Assembly: GCA_030390025.1 (NCBI GenBank)
Contig: CM059451.1
Coordinates: 3,782,001-3,846,000 of the forward strand
Direction of reading: 5' to 3'
DNA length: 64,000 nucleotides
Source of the DNA: Squalus acanthias
Lineage: Eukaryota
Below, in pieces: positions 37,186 to 49,499 of the stretch (within the stretch, counting starts at the first letter, position 1; each line of letters opens with the position of its first letter). The translations under genes and the position numbers were made by a program. Below the pieces are notes generated by a model, which was not told the origin of the DNA, searched no databases, and saw only the letters and a list, made by a program, of their open reading frames with translations.

Positions 37186-40100
37186 ATCCCCCCGTATACA
37201 GTCACCAGGGGGGCGATCCCTCGTGTACAGTCACCAGGGGGGCGATCCCCTCGTGTACTGTCACCAGGGGGCGATCCCTCGTGTACTGTCACCAGGGGGC
37301 GATCCCTCGTGTACAGTCACCAGGGGGCGATCCCTCGTGTACAGTCACCAGGGGGGCGATCCCTCGTGTACAGTCACCAGGGGGGCGATCCCCTCGTGTA
37401 CAGTCACCAGGGGGGCGATCCCCTCGTGCACTGTCACCAGGGGGCGATCCCCTCGTGTACAGTCACCAGGGGGCGATCCCCCGTGTACAGTCACCAGGGG
37501 GCGATCCCCTCGTGTACAGTCACCAGGGGGGCGATCCCCTCGTGTACAGTCACCAGGAGGCGATCCCTCGTGTACAGTCACCAGGGGGCGATCCCCCCGT
37601 GTACAGTCACCAGGGGGCGATCCCCCCGTGTACAGTCACCAGGGGGCGATCCCCTCGTGTACAGTCACCAGGGGGCGATCCCCTTGTGTATAGTCACCAG
37701 GGGGGCGATCCCTCGTGTACAATCACCAGGGGGCGATCCCTCGTGTACAATCACCAGGGGGCGATCCCTCGTGTACAATCACCAGGGGGCGATCCCTCGT
37801 GTACAGTCACCAGGGGGGCGATCCCTCGTGTACAATCACCAGGGGGCGATCCCCTCGTGTATAGTCACCAGGGGGCGATCCCCTCGTGTACAATCACCAG
37901 GGGGCGATCACCCCGTATACAGTCACCAGGGGGCGATCCCCTCGTGTACAATCACCAGGGGGCGATCACCCCGTATACAGTCACCAGGGGCCGATCCCTC
38001 GTGTACAGTCACCAGGGGGCGATCCCTCGTGTACAGTCACCAGGGGGCGATCCCCCCGTGTACAATCACCAGGGGGCGATTCCTCGTGTACAGTCACCAG
38101 GGGGGCGATCCCTCGTGTACAGTCACCAGGGGGGCGATCCCTCGTGTACAATCACCAGGGGGCGATCCCCTCGTGTATAGTCAACAGGGGGGCGATCCCT
38201 CGTGTACAGTCACCAGGGGGCGATCCCCTCGTGTATAGTCACCAGGGGGGCGATCCCTCGTGTACAGTCACCAGGGGGCGATCCCCTCGTGTATAGTCAC
38301 CAGGGGGGCGATCCCTCGTGTACAATCACCAGGGGGCGATCCCCTCGTGTATAGTCACCAGGGGGGCGATCCCTCGTGTACAATCACCAGGGGGCGATCC
38401 CCTCGTGTATAGTCACCAGGGGGGCGATCCCTCGTGTACAGTCACCAGGGGGCGATCCCCTCGTGTATAGTCACCAGGGGGCGATCCCCTCGTGTACAGT
38501 CTCCAGGGGGCGATCCCTCGTGTACAGTCACCAGGGGGCGATCCCTCGTGTACAATCACCAGGGGGCGATCCCCTCGTGTACAGTCACCAGGGGGCGATC
38601 CCTCGTGTACAGTCACCAGTGGGCGATCCCCTCGTGTACAGTCACCAGGGGGGCGATCCCCCCGTGTACAATCACCAGGGGGCGATCCCTCGTGTATAGT
38701 CACCAGGGGGCGATCACTCGTGTACAATCACCAGGGGGGCGATCCCCTCGTGTACAGTCACCAGGGGGGCGATCCCCTCGTGTACAGTCACCAGGGGGGC
38801 GATCCCCTCGTGTACAATCACCAGGGGGCGATCCCTCGTGTACAGTCACCAGGGGGTGATCCCCTCGTGTACAATCACCAGGGGGCGATCCCTCGTGTAC
38901 AATCACCAGGGGGCGATCCCTCGTGTACAATCACCAGGGGGCGATCCCTCGTGTACAATCACCAGGGGGGCGATCCCTCGTGTACAGTCACCAGGGGGGC
39001 GATCCCCTCGTGTACAATCACCAGGGGGCGATCCCTCGTGTACAATCACCAGGGGGCGATCCCTCGTGTACAGTCACCAGGGGGGCGATCCCTCGTGTAC
39101 AGTCACCAGGGGGCGATCCCTATGTACAGTCACCATTGGGCGATCCCTCGTGTACAATCACCAGGGGGCGATCCCTCGTGTACAATCACCAGGGGGCGAT
39201 CCCTCGTGTACAGCCACCAGGGGGCGATCCCTCGTGTACAATCACCAGGGGGCGATCCCTCGTGTACAATCACCAGGGGGCGATCCCTCGTGTACAATCA
39301 CCAGGGGGCGATCCCTCGTGTACAATCACCAGGGGGCGATCCCCTCGTGTACTGTCACCATTGGGCGATCCCTCGTGTACAGCCTCCAGGGGGCGATCCC
39401 TCGTGTACAATCACCAGGGGGCGATCCCTCGTGTACAATCACCAGGAGGCGATCCCCTCGTGTACAGTCACCAGGGGGCGATCCCTCGTGTACAGTCACC
39501 AGGGGGCGATCCCTCGTGTACAGCCACCAGGGGGCGATCCCTCGTGTACAATCACCAGGGGGCGATCCCCTCGTGTACTGTCACCAGGGGGCGATCCCCT
39601 CGTGTACTGTAACCAGGGGGCGATCCCCCCGTGTACAATCACCAGGGGGCGATCCCCTCGTGTACAGTCACCAGGGGGCGATCCCCCCGTGTACAGTCAC
39701 CAGGGGCCGATCCCTCGTGTACAGTCACCAGGGAGCGATCCCTCGTGTACAATCACCAGGGGGCGATCCCTCGTGTACAGTCACCAGGGGGGGATCCCTC
39801 GTGTACAATCACCAGGGGGTGATCCCTCGTGTACAATCACCAGGGGGCGATCGCTCGTGTACAATCACCAGGGGGACGATCCCTCGTGTACAATCACCAG
39901 GGGGCGATCCCCCGGTGTACAGTCACCAGGGGGCGATCCCCTCGTGTACAATCGCCAGGGGGCGATCCCTCGTGTACAATCACCAGGGGGCGATCCCCCC
40001 GTGTACAGTCACCAGGGGGCGATCCCTCGTGTACAATCACCAGGGGGCGATCCCCTCGTGTACTGTCACCAGGGGGCGATCCCTCGTGTACAATCACCAG

Positions 40101-41537
40101 GGGGCGATCCCTCGTGTACAGTCACCAGGGGGCGATCCCCCCGTATACAGTCACCAGGGGGGCGATCCCTCGTGTACAATCACCAGGGGGGGATCCCCTC
40201 GTGTACAGTCACCAGGGGGCGATCCCCTCGTGTACAATCACCAGGGGGCGATCCCCCCGTATACAGTCACCAGGGGGCGATCCCTCGTGTACAATCACCA
40301 GGGGGGCGATCCCTCGTGTACAGTCACCAGGGGGCGATCCCTCGTGTACAGTCACCAGGGGGGCGATCCCCCAGTGTACAGTCACCTGGGGGCGATCCCT
40401 CGTGTACAATCACCAGGGGGCGATCCCCTCGTGTACAGTCACTAGGGGGCGATCCCTCGTGTACAATCACCAGGGGGACGATCCCTCGTGTACAGTCACC
40501 AGGGGGCGATCCCCCCGTGTACAGTCCCCAGGGGCCGATCCCCCGTGTACAATCACCAGGGGGCGATCCCCCCGTGTACAATCACCAGGGGGCGATCCCC
40601 CGTGTACTGTCACCAGGGGGCGATCCCCTCGTGTACTGTCACCAGGGGACGATCCCTCGTGTACAGCCACCAGGGGGCGATCCCTCGTGTACAATCACCA
40701 GGGGGCGATCCCTCGTGTACAGTCACCAGGGGGCGATCCCCCGTGTACAATCACCAGGGGGCGATCCCCTCGTGTACAATCACCAGGGGGCGATCCCCTC
40801 GTGTACAGTCACCAGGGGGCGATCCCTCGTGTACTGTCACCAGGGGACGATCCCTCGTGTACAGCCACCAGGGGGCGATCCCTCGTGTACAATCACCAGG
40901 GGGCGATCCCTCGTGTACAGTCACCAGGGGGCGATCCCCCGTGTACAATCACCAGGGGGCGATCCCTCGTGTACAGTCACCAGGGGGCGATCCCCCGTGT
41001 ACAATCACCAGGGGGCGATCCCTCGTGTACAGTCACCAGGGGGCGATCCCCCGTGTACAATCACCAGGGGGCGATCCCTCGTGTACAGTCACCAGGGGGC
41101 GATCCCTCGTGTACAATCACCAGTGGGCGATCCCTCGTGTACAGTCACCAGGGGACGATCCCCTCGTGTACAGTCACCAGGGGGGCGATCCCCACGTGTA
41201 CAGTCACCAGGGGGGATCCCCTCGTGTACAATCACCAGGGGGCGATCCCTCGTGTACAATCACCAGGGGGCGATCCCTCGTGTACAATCACCAGGGGGCG
41301 ATCCCCTCGTGTACAGTCACCAGGGGGGCGATCGCTCGTGTACAGTCACCAGGGGGCGATCGCTCGTGTACAGTCACCAGGGGGCGATCCCCTCGTGTAC
41401 AATCACCAGGGGGAGATCCCCTCGTGTACAATCACCAGGGGGTGATCCCTCGTGTACAGTCTCCAGGTGGCGATCCCCTCGTGTACAGTCTCCAGGTGGC
41501 GATCCCCTCGTGTACTGTCACCAGGGGGCGATCCCCC
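37186..41537 (+). repeat. 28-30 bp minisatellite (GTGTACARTCACCAGGGGGCGATCCCTC)n, ~150 copies, nearly all with a CTCF-like core
   Basis: Continuous ~4.35-kb tandem array; units vary in G5/G6, C3/C4 and AGT/AAT/TGT. Confidence 0.97.
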
Positions 41538-42282
41538 ATACACTTAATGGCACAGTTTTAAAGAGTGTGCAGGGACAGAGAGACCTGGGAGTTAATGTGC
41601 ATAGGTCCCTGAAGGTGGCAGGACATATTGAGAGAGTGGTTAGCAAAACATATGGAATCTTGGGCTTCATAAATAGAGGTATTGAGTAGAAAAGTAGAGA
41701 AGTTATGCTGAACCTTTATAAAGCGCTGGTTGGGCCACAACTGGAGTATTGCGTCCAGTTCTGGTCACCACACTTTAGGAAGGATGTGAAGGCCCTTGAG
41801 AGGGTGCTGAGGAGATTTACCAGAATGGTTCCAGGGATGGGGGATCTTAGCTACAAGGACAGGTTGGAGAAGCTGGATTTGTTTTCATTAGAGCAAAGGA
41901 GGTTGAGGGGTGATTTGATCGAGGTGTACAAGATTATGACGGGTTTGGATAGGCTAGACGGGGAAAGGCTGTTCCCACTAGTTGATGGTACAAGGACTAG
42001 GAGACACAGATTTAAGGTTTTGAGCAAGAGATTCAGGGGGGATGTGAAGAAAGAAAATTCACGCAGCGAGTGGTGAGGACCTGGAACTCGCTGCCGACGG
42101 AAGTGGTGGAAGCGGAGACACTCAATGTTTTCAAGGGGAGACTGGATAGGCAGTAGAGGGAAATAAACTTGCAGGGCTACGGGGATAGAACGGGGGAGTG
42201 GGACTGACTGGATTGCTCTGCAGAGAGCTGGCACGGACTCGATGGGCCAAATGGCCTCCTTCTGTGCCATTATGACTCTATG
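41538..42282 (+). mobile_element. CR1 3' fragment abutting the array
   Basis: [33 protein letters not shown]. Confidence 0.88.
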
Positions 42283-42416
42283 TGAAACAGACTTCAGGGT
42301 AGGGCACTGGAGGCAAAAACTTGAGTTATTTAAGAGACAGTTGGGATACTGAAGGGAAATCTATTTTAAACATCCCTGACATCAAGAAGAACTGCAATAT
42401 AAAAGAGAACTTTTAA

Positions 42417-42897
42417 TACTGCGGATGCTGGAAATCTGAAATTAAAACAGAAAATGCTGCAAATACTCAGCAGGTCAGGCAGCATCTGTGGGGAGAGAAA
42501 CAGAGTTAACGTTTCAGGTCGATGAACCTTCGTCAGAACTGGAAAAAGTTGGAGATGGAACAGGTTTTTAAGCAAGTGTAGGGGCCAGGAAAGGGGGGGA
42601 GGGGAGGAAAGAACAAAAGGGAAGGTCTGTGATTGGATGGAAGGCAGGAGAGATTAAATGACAAAAGGATGATGGCACAAGGCAAAAGGAGATGGTAATG
42701 GGACAAGTTAAGAATCAAAGGATGGCTCTAGATGAAGTGTAAATGGCAGAATGATCAACAGCTGCCATGTGAGAGAGAGAGAAAAACAAGATAGGGTCAG
42801 AGGTTATTGTCTGAAATTGTTGAACTCTGTGTTGAGTCCAGAAGGCTGTAAAAAGTGCCTAATCGAAAGATGAGGTGCTGTTCCTCGAGCTTCATTT
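42417..42897 (-). mobile_element. Penelope-like 3' fragment (second family)
   Basis: Terminal repeat ...acagatgctgcctgacctgctgagtatttgcagcattttctg...ccagcatccgcagt with hammerhead core. Confidence 0.75.
42504..42540 (-). ncRNA. Minimal hammerhead ribozyme
   Basis: agtt-CTGACGA-aggtt-catc-gacct-GAAAC-gtt-aact; helix I agtt/aact, palindromic AACGTT helix III. Confidence 0.72.
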
Positions 42898-44271
42898 GAG
42901 AACTTTTAATGATGGCTACACCGCTTTGAAATGCAAGTTGAGAACAGGAATATGGAGGGACATTTCTAACACATCACCCAGACAAAAAGCAGTTGTAACC
43001 AAGGACAAATCTGTGGTTGCTATGGAACCAGTGGAACCGACCAGCACTGCCTTGAGATAAGACCCTCATTAAACTGCAACAAGTGACACGCATGATGGAG
43101 TAACCCCACGAAACTTTGAACCAACCATGAACAACACGGGGAAACACCAAGCCTGAAGGAACCAATCATTGAGGTGTACACTGAGAGTCACGAGAGGAGT
43201 TTTAAACACGAAGCGCTAACACAATACCTAGTTTTTTTTTTACTGCAGTCGGCCGGTACAAACATGTCCTGGTCCAACGACATTTCAAGATTTCAACAGA
43301 CTTCACGTGATTGTCGGTTTGGCCGCGGAGCACTTGAAGACTCCAAGACTTCTTATTTAATCCATGTGTTAGTGGTTAAATAAAAGATCTCTGTGAGAGA
43401 TTGGTGTAACTGTGTGCTTTTCTGTGAAGGTCTATGAACCCCACTCTAACACCTAATGTGGGAGGTATGAAAGTCATAAATAGTCCGACAATACTATGAC
43501 GGGTGAAATGAGAAGTTGTGATGAAAGCGGGTTCTCCAATTTAGTGTTGAGAGAGTCAGGAATACAAAATCAGCAAGCGTTGAGATTAGAAGGACTCCCC
43601 CCACCAGTGGTGTGGACTCCCACATAAAACTGCGTCAAATAACACCCTTAAAAAGAGCTGAAGGCATATTTGGTTGGGAATGGGTTGAGGGAAATCGAGT
43701 GCAGATTGAGATAGTCGAATCCTGTGGGGAGCATGGACGGTCTCGAGCTATTGGGACCTGGGCACATAGGCTCACAGAATCTTAGAGTGCAGGAGGCCAT
43801 TCGGCCCATCGTGCCTGTGCCGGCTCTTTGAAAGAGCGATCCAATTAGTTCCACTCCCCCTGCTCTTTCCCCACAGCGCTGCAAATTTCCCCCCTCCAAC
43901 TATTTATCCAATTCCCTTTGAAAGTTACTATTGAATCTGCTTCCACCGCCCTTTCAGGCAGTGCGTTCCAGATCACAACGACTCGCTGCGTAAAAAAAAA
44001 ATCCTCATCTCGCTTCTAACTCCTTCGCCAATTATCTTAAATCAGATTAATTAAAACAGAGTAAGGAAGAAATATTGTAGGATTATAAAGGTTAGATATT
44101 CAGGAGTTGCACTTGATTTATCCTTGAGTGGTGAACAATGAGAAACTTGGGACAAATCTTTTGTTAGAAGATGAAGTAGGTTGGGTAGAGGACTGGTTTG
44201 TGCAGGGTCTGTGGATTGAATGGGCAATGTGAAGTATACGGCCTTGTTCAATACTTTCTTGTGAAAGAAAA

Positions 44272-44595
44272 AGACAGACTTTTATATCGCGCTCTTCACG
44301 ACCACGAGATGTCCCAAAGTGCTTTACAGCCAATGTAGTACTTTTGAAGTATGTCACTGTTGTAATGTAGAAAACACAGCAGTCAGTTTGCACACAGCAA
44401 GATCCCACAAACAGCAATGGGGCAATGACCAGATAATCTGTTTTTTTTAAAAAAGTGATGTTGGTTGAGGGATAAATATTGGCCAGGACATCGGGGATAA
44501 CTTCCCTGCTCTTCTTCAAAATAGTGTCACGGGATTTTTTACATTCACCTGAGAGAGCAGACGGGGCCTCGGTTGAGCGTCTCATCTGAAAGATG
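44272..44595 (-). mobile_element. SacSINE1/DeuSINE-like SINE, 5'-truncated
   Basis: Matches other copies. Confidence 0.85.
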
Positions 44596-44973
44596 TGGTC
44601 CTCTAACTGTTGAATTCTCAAAGTTGGCCTTGTCTAACCTCTACTTCTTAATTTACTTCATTTCCTCCCCAACATTTTGCAACCGTGGTGACATCTTACA
44701 CTACAGGCCTTGGCCCTTCCCATGGGTTTTGCCAATGGTCATATCAAGGATGTTGTCCCCTGAATATTACATTGCTGGACTTACCGTGAGCAACCGAAGC
44801 AGCACAAATCAAGAAAAACAAATGAGCTTACATTTATTGAACACCTTTTGTCTTCAAGTTGTCCCAAAATGTTTCAGTCAATAAATCGTTTTTGAAGTGC
44901 ACTCATCTTCTTATGGAGGCAATTTGCACACAGCACGATCCCACAACAGCGATGAGATGAATGACCAGTTATT

Positions 44974-45647
44974 GGCCCAGAAATCCCGCGGGCGGAGGGC
45001 TGCGATCCGGAAAGATCTGCGCCTGGACCGGAGGGCTCCCGGGAGGCGCAGAATTCCGTTTCTGTGCCTCTTCAAACTGCCGGTGCGCAGGGCACGCGTA
45101 TCCCAGGGGCGCAGGGAATCTCCATTCATAGATTTGACAGGAAGACCTGTCAAATCTATGAATAGAGATCAGCCCCAAAACATAAGTAAAACTTCAAATC
45201 ATTTTTTTTAAAAAATCACATTTTTAAAATGACTATAAATTACATAAATTAACTATTTTAAAGAAATATTTAAATTTTTGAAAAAAATAAAGTTTTTAAC
45301 GGGGCTAAAAATAAACTTACCTTTCTTTAAAGTATTTTAAAATGATAAATCAGTGGAAAATTTTTTTTTTTTACTTTCTTAAACTATTAGCCTGGTAAAA
45401 GCAGGCCTTGCGCCTGCTTTTCTAGGCGCAGCTGTTCCCGACTTACCTGAACTGATAAAACTGTGAAAAAAACGGAAGTTTCTGCCGTACGCGCTGCCTC
45501 TCCGGCGTAGGCGTTTGTCCAGTCCAGCCCATTCTGCAGAGAACGGAAGTTCCGGTTTCCAGTGCATGCGTAAAACCGGCACTTCCGTTGGCCCTACGGG
45601 TGAGTACACAGCGCGTACACACCCGTAGGGAACGGAATTTCTAGGCC
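44974..45647. mobile_element. Non-autonomous Harbinger-type element (MITE) inserted in an old SINE (44830-45910)
   Basis: TIRs GGCCCAGAAATCCCG / CGGAATTTCTAGGCC, flanks ATT / AAT, AT-rich core, host SINE resumes at 45648. Confidence 0.8.
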
Positions 45648-46134
45648 AATGTGTTTTGAATGGTGTTGGTCGAGGCAATGAACATTGGCCGGATAATAAG
45701 AGAGCTCCCTGCTCCTCTTTGGAAACAGTGCCCTGCAATCTCTCACATCCACCTGAACAGGTAGATGGGGCCCTCGGCTAAACGGCAGCTTCAACAATGG
45801 AGGGTCAGCCTGGATTCTGTGCTCAAGTCTCTGGAGTGGGACTTGAACCCATAGCCTTCTGACTCAGAGGCGAGAGAGAGAGTGCTACCCACTGAGCCAG
45901 GGCTGAGCCATAAAAGGTTTAAAAACTCCCCCGATGGCTCATTTTGTAAGTGCGCTGCCGAGTGTGTGGAACCGAGCAGGTCCAGACCAGAAAGTCCCAG
46001 ATAAGAACCCTGGTACATGCCGGGATAGCTGATCCCTGGTGTGGTGATGATTAGGGCAGCAATGGTTGGCCGAGATGGGCGGGGGGCGGGTGGAAGAAGG
46101 AGGAATCCTGCTACCAAATGCTTTCTAGTAAATA

Positions 46135-46845
46135 AAAGATTTGTCTTTCTGCAGCGCCTTTCACCACCTCAGGACGTCCCAAAGTGCTTTACAGCCAATG
46201 AAGTACTTTTTGAAGTGTAGTCACTGTTGTAATGTAGGAAACGTGGCAGCTAATTTGCGCACAGCAAGCTCCCACAAACAGCAAGACCAGATAATGTTTT
46301 TTTCAGTGATGTTGTTTGAGGGATAAACATTGGCCAGGACACCGGGGAGAACTCCCCCGCTCTTCTTCAGATCTTTAATGTCCACCTGACATGTTCGCGG
46401 TTTAATGTCTCATCCGAAAGACGGCACCTCAGACAGTGCAGCGCTCCCTCAAGCGCTGGAGGCAGTGCAGAGAACTGCTAATCCCTAGTGTCAAAGATCT
46501 GAGTTATGGTGTAAGGCTGGAGAAACTTGGGCTCTTCAGCATTGCTAGCCCTCTCGCCTCTGAGTCAGAAGGTTGTGGGTTCGAGTCCCACTCCAGAGAC
46601 TTGAGCACAAAAATCTAGGCTGACACTCCCAGTGCAGTGCTGAGGGAGCGCCGCACTGTCAGAGGTGCCGTCTTTCAGATGAGATGTTAAACCGAGACCC
46701 CGTCACCTCCGACAGGGCAGCACTCCCTCAGTACTGCACTGGGAGTGTCAGCCTAGATTTTGTGCTCAGGTCTCTGGAGTGGGGCTTTGAACCACGACCT
46801 CCAACTCAGGCGAGAGAGTGCTGCCCCCTCAGCCCCGGCTGACAG
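46135..46845. mobile_element. Cluster of SacSINE1-like SINE pieces in both orientations
   Basis: Minus 46135-46450, plus 46545-46705, minus 46706-46845. Confidence 0.75.
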
Positions 46846-46988
46846 CCACTGGGAAGGACGTTGGTGAAGCGAACAGGGATCAGCTATGAGGGGCCTCATG
46901 GTCAACACTCGCTCGCAGGTGGAGAACGAACATTGGTTGTGAGGCCAGTGGACCCGTAGCCCAGGAGTCAACACCTTCACAGGAATCG

Positions 46989-47951
46989 GTTTCATTCTTG
47001 GACACACGAAACTCCATCAAAGATGGACACCTCAGCACTTCACTCTACTGCAAGCCCACGGACAACCTCACGATGCTCCACTTCTCCAGCTTCCACCCTA
47101 ACCATGTTAAAGAAGCCATCCCCTATGGACAAGCCCTGCGAATACACAGGATCTGCTCAGACGAGGAGGAACGCGATGGACACCTACAGACGCTGAAAGA
47201 CGCCCTCGTACGAACGGGATATGACGCTTGACTCGTCGATTGACAGTTCCGACGGGCCACAGCGAAAAATCGCATCGACCTCCTCAGAAGGCAAACACGG
47301 GACACAACCAACAGGGTACCCTACGTCGTCCAGTACTTCCCCGGAGCGGAGAAACTACGCCATGTTCTTCGCAGCCTTCAACATGTCATCGATGACAATG
47401 AACACCTCGCTAAGGCCATCCCCACGCCCCCACTACTCACCTTCAAACAGCCGCCTAACCTCAAACAGACCATCGTTCGCAGCAAATTACCCAGCTTTCA
47501 GGAGAACAGCGACCACGACACCACACAACCCTGCCACGGCAACCTCTGCAAGACATGCCAGATCATCAACACAGATACCATCATCACACGTGAGGACACC
47601 ACCCACCAGGTACATGGTACATACTCATGTGACTCGGCCAACGTTGTCTACCTCATATGTTGCAGGAAAGGATGCCCCGGAGCATGGTACATTGGCAAGA
47701 CCATGCAGACACTGCGACAACGTATGAACGGACACCGCGCAACAATCGCCAGGCCGGAGTGTTCCCTCCCAGTCGGAGAACACTTCAGCAGTCAAGGACA
47801 TTCAGCCTCGGATCTTCGGGTAAGCGTTCTCCAAGGCGGCCTTCGAGACACACGACAACGCAAAATCGTCGAGCAGAAACTGATAGCCAAGTTCCGCACC
47901 CATGAGGACGGCCTCAACCGGGATCTTGGGTTCATGTCACGCTACATGTAA
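46989..47951 (+). pseudogene. Penelope RT C-terminus plus GIY-YIG endonuclease, with two in-frame stops near 47229-47243
   Basis: FLD..LYCKPTD..SFHPNHVK..; PCHGNLCKTC; NVVYLICCRKGCPGAWYIGKT; LRQRMNGHR; GLNRD. Confidence 0.88.
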
Positions 47952-48283
47952 CCCCACCTGACGTAGAGTCATCCAGACTCGAGTCGTCGTTGGCTTGTTC
48001 TCTCTACACAGATGCGGCCGGACCTGCTGTGATTTCCAGCAAAAAAAGTTTTTTGTTTTCCATCCAGACCCCAGCATCTGCCACATTTGACCCCTTGTGA
48101 CCCCACCTCATTGTCTTTGATGTAATGTTTTCCTGACTGACCTGTTTGGACACCATCCACACCTTTGATTGCTGGGATTATCTCTCTGCCGAGGTGTGAT
48201 AAAGGGCAGTTGGAAAGATTAACTGTAATCATCTGGCCGTGTTCTCTGACTATATATGCTGTGCCTATATGCATCTCTTCACT

Positions 48284-48320
48284 TCACCTGACGAAGGAGC
48301 AGCGCTCCGAAAGCTTGTGA
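48284..48320 (+). ncRNA. Minimal type I hammerhead ribozyme in Penelope terminal repeat
   Basis: tcac-CTGACGA-a-ggagc-agc-gctcc-GAAA-gctt-gtga; palindromic AAGCTT helix III. Confidence 0.8.
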
Positions 48321-48485
48321 TTTCAAATAAAGCTGTTGGACTATAACCTGGTGTTGTGCAACTTCTCACATTTGTCCACCCCAGTCCAACACCGGCATCT
48401 CCACATCACACCTTCACAGGAGGAAGAGAAAAATCAGCCTGAACAAGAACACAACTGAACATTTACAGTCCATTTGCAGAATCAT

Positions 48486-48491
48486 TTTATT
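48486..48491 (-). terminator. Probable polyadenylation signal of the CHP gene
   Basis: AATAAA on the minus strand with GU/U-rich sequence downstream (gttgtgttcttgttc), ending ~1.6 kb of mostly unique 3'UTR. Confidence 0.65.
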
Positions 48492-49270
48492 CATTACAAA
48501 TCCATTGGGCTGCGTGGCAACAGAAAAATAAATCGTCAAACAATCTGGAACGTTTTAAAATAAATCCATTCAATGGCACGATAGTTGGGACTGACCCAAT
48601 GTTGGCCATTTCCATGGCAAAGGAAGCTTCAGGGTTTGTTATATCGGCGTGGCTACTGGGGTCAGAAAGGTGGAGGGATTCTCCGCTTCACGGGGTGGGT
48701 CAGTCACACGGGACCGCGAGCGCCACGGAGACGGGAACCCCAGTCTCACCGTGACACGAGTCTAGTGGGGTCGGGGAGGAGAGAGAGAGAGAGCGAGAGA
48801 GAGAAGGCTGGCAGATGTTTATAAGGATCTGAAGGAGACCGTGGCACCCTTTATTACAGTACGGTCACTGACAATAGCTGGGACTTGTGACACGTCAGGG
48901 AACGCACGTGATTATAGTAATGGCTGCAAGTGCCGCCATGTTTCCCCGCGCACTCAGCCCCCTCTACAGGCCAGCACTGGTGATTACCGGTCTGTATCGG
49001 ACCCTCCCCCATCCCCCTCGGTGAAGGACCGAGCCCGTGAATTAGAGGGTCGCTCCCGACTCCCGGGTCTGCGCGGTGTCTGTTGCCGCCCATGTTCTGA
49101 AATCTGCCTGCTGTGTAAATGGGGCCAGTTTAACAGCATCAGGAGCACCTCAACTGGGAGCAGTTCCGCACCGTGAGAGGGGAGCTTTAGAGAACATGCA
49201 TTTATATAGAGCACCTCAAACTGCTTCACAGCACGGACTGCATTGGGAGTGCATTGACTGTTAGTAGGTA

Positions 49271-49499
49271 NNNNNNNNNNNNNNNNNNNNNNNNNNNNNN
49301 NNNNNNNNNNNNNNNNNNNNNNNNNNNNNNNNNNNNNNNNNNNNNNNNNNNNNNNNNNNNNNNNNNNNNNNNNNNNNNNNNNNNNNNNNNNNNNNNNNNN
49401 NNNNNNNNNNNNNNNNNNNNNNNNNNNNNNNNNNNNNNNNNNNNNNNNNNNNNNNNNNNNNNNNNNNNNNNNNNNNNNNNNNNNNNNNNNNNNNNNNNN
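49271..49499. other. Assembly gap (229 N) inside the inferred CHP 3'UTR
   Basis: Run of N. Confidence 1.

Larger units (their letters stand above)
46985..48407 (+). mobile_element. 5'-truncated Penelope-like retroelement
   Basis: 14-bp TSD acaccttcacagga (46971-46984, 48408-48421); RT-thumb/GIY-YIG ORF then a terminal repeat related to the 7717 and 12752 copies. Confidence 0.92.

Noticed and set aside
37186-41537. CRISPR-like 28-30 bp partly palindromic repeats
   Set aside because: No unique spacers, no cas genes, vertebrate context
36999-41689. Very long ORFs (up to 1065 aa) across the 28-bp array
   Set aside because: The unit lacks stops in all three plus frames, unit length varies 28-30 bp so frames shuffle, and the ORF runs into a CR1; artefact of the repeat
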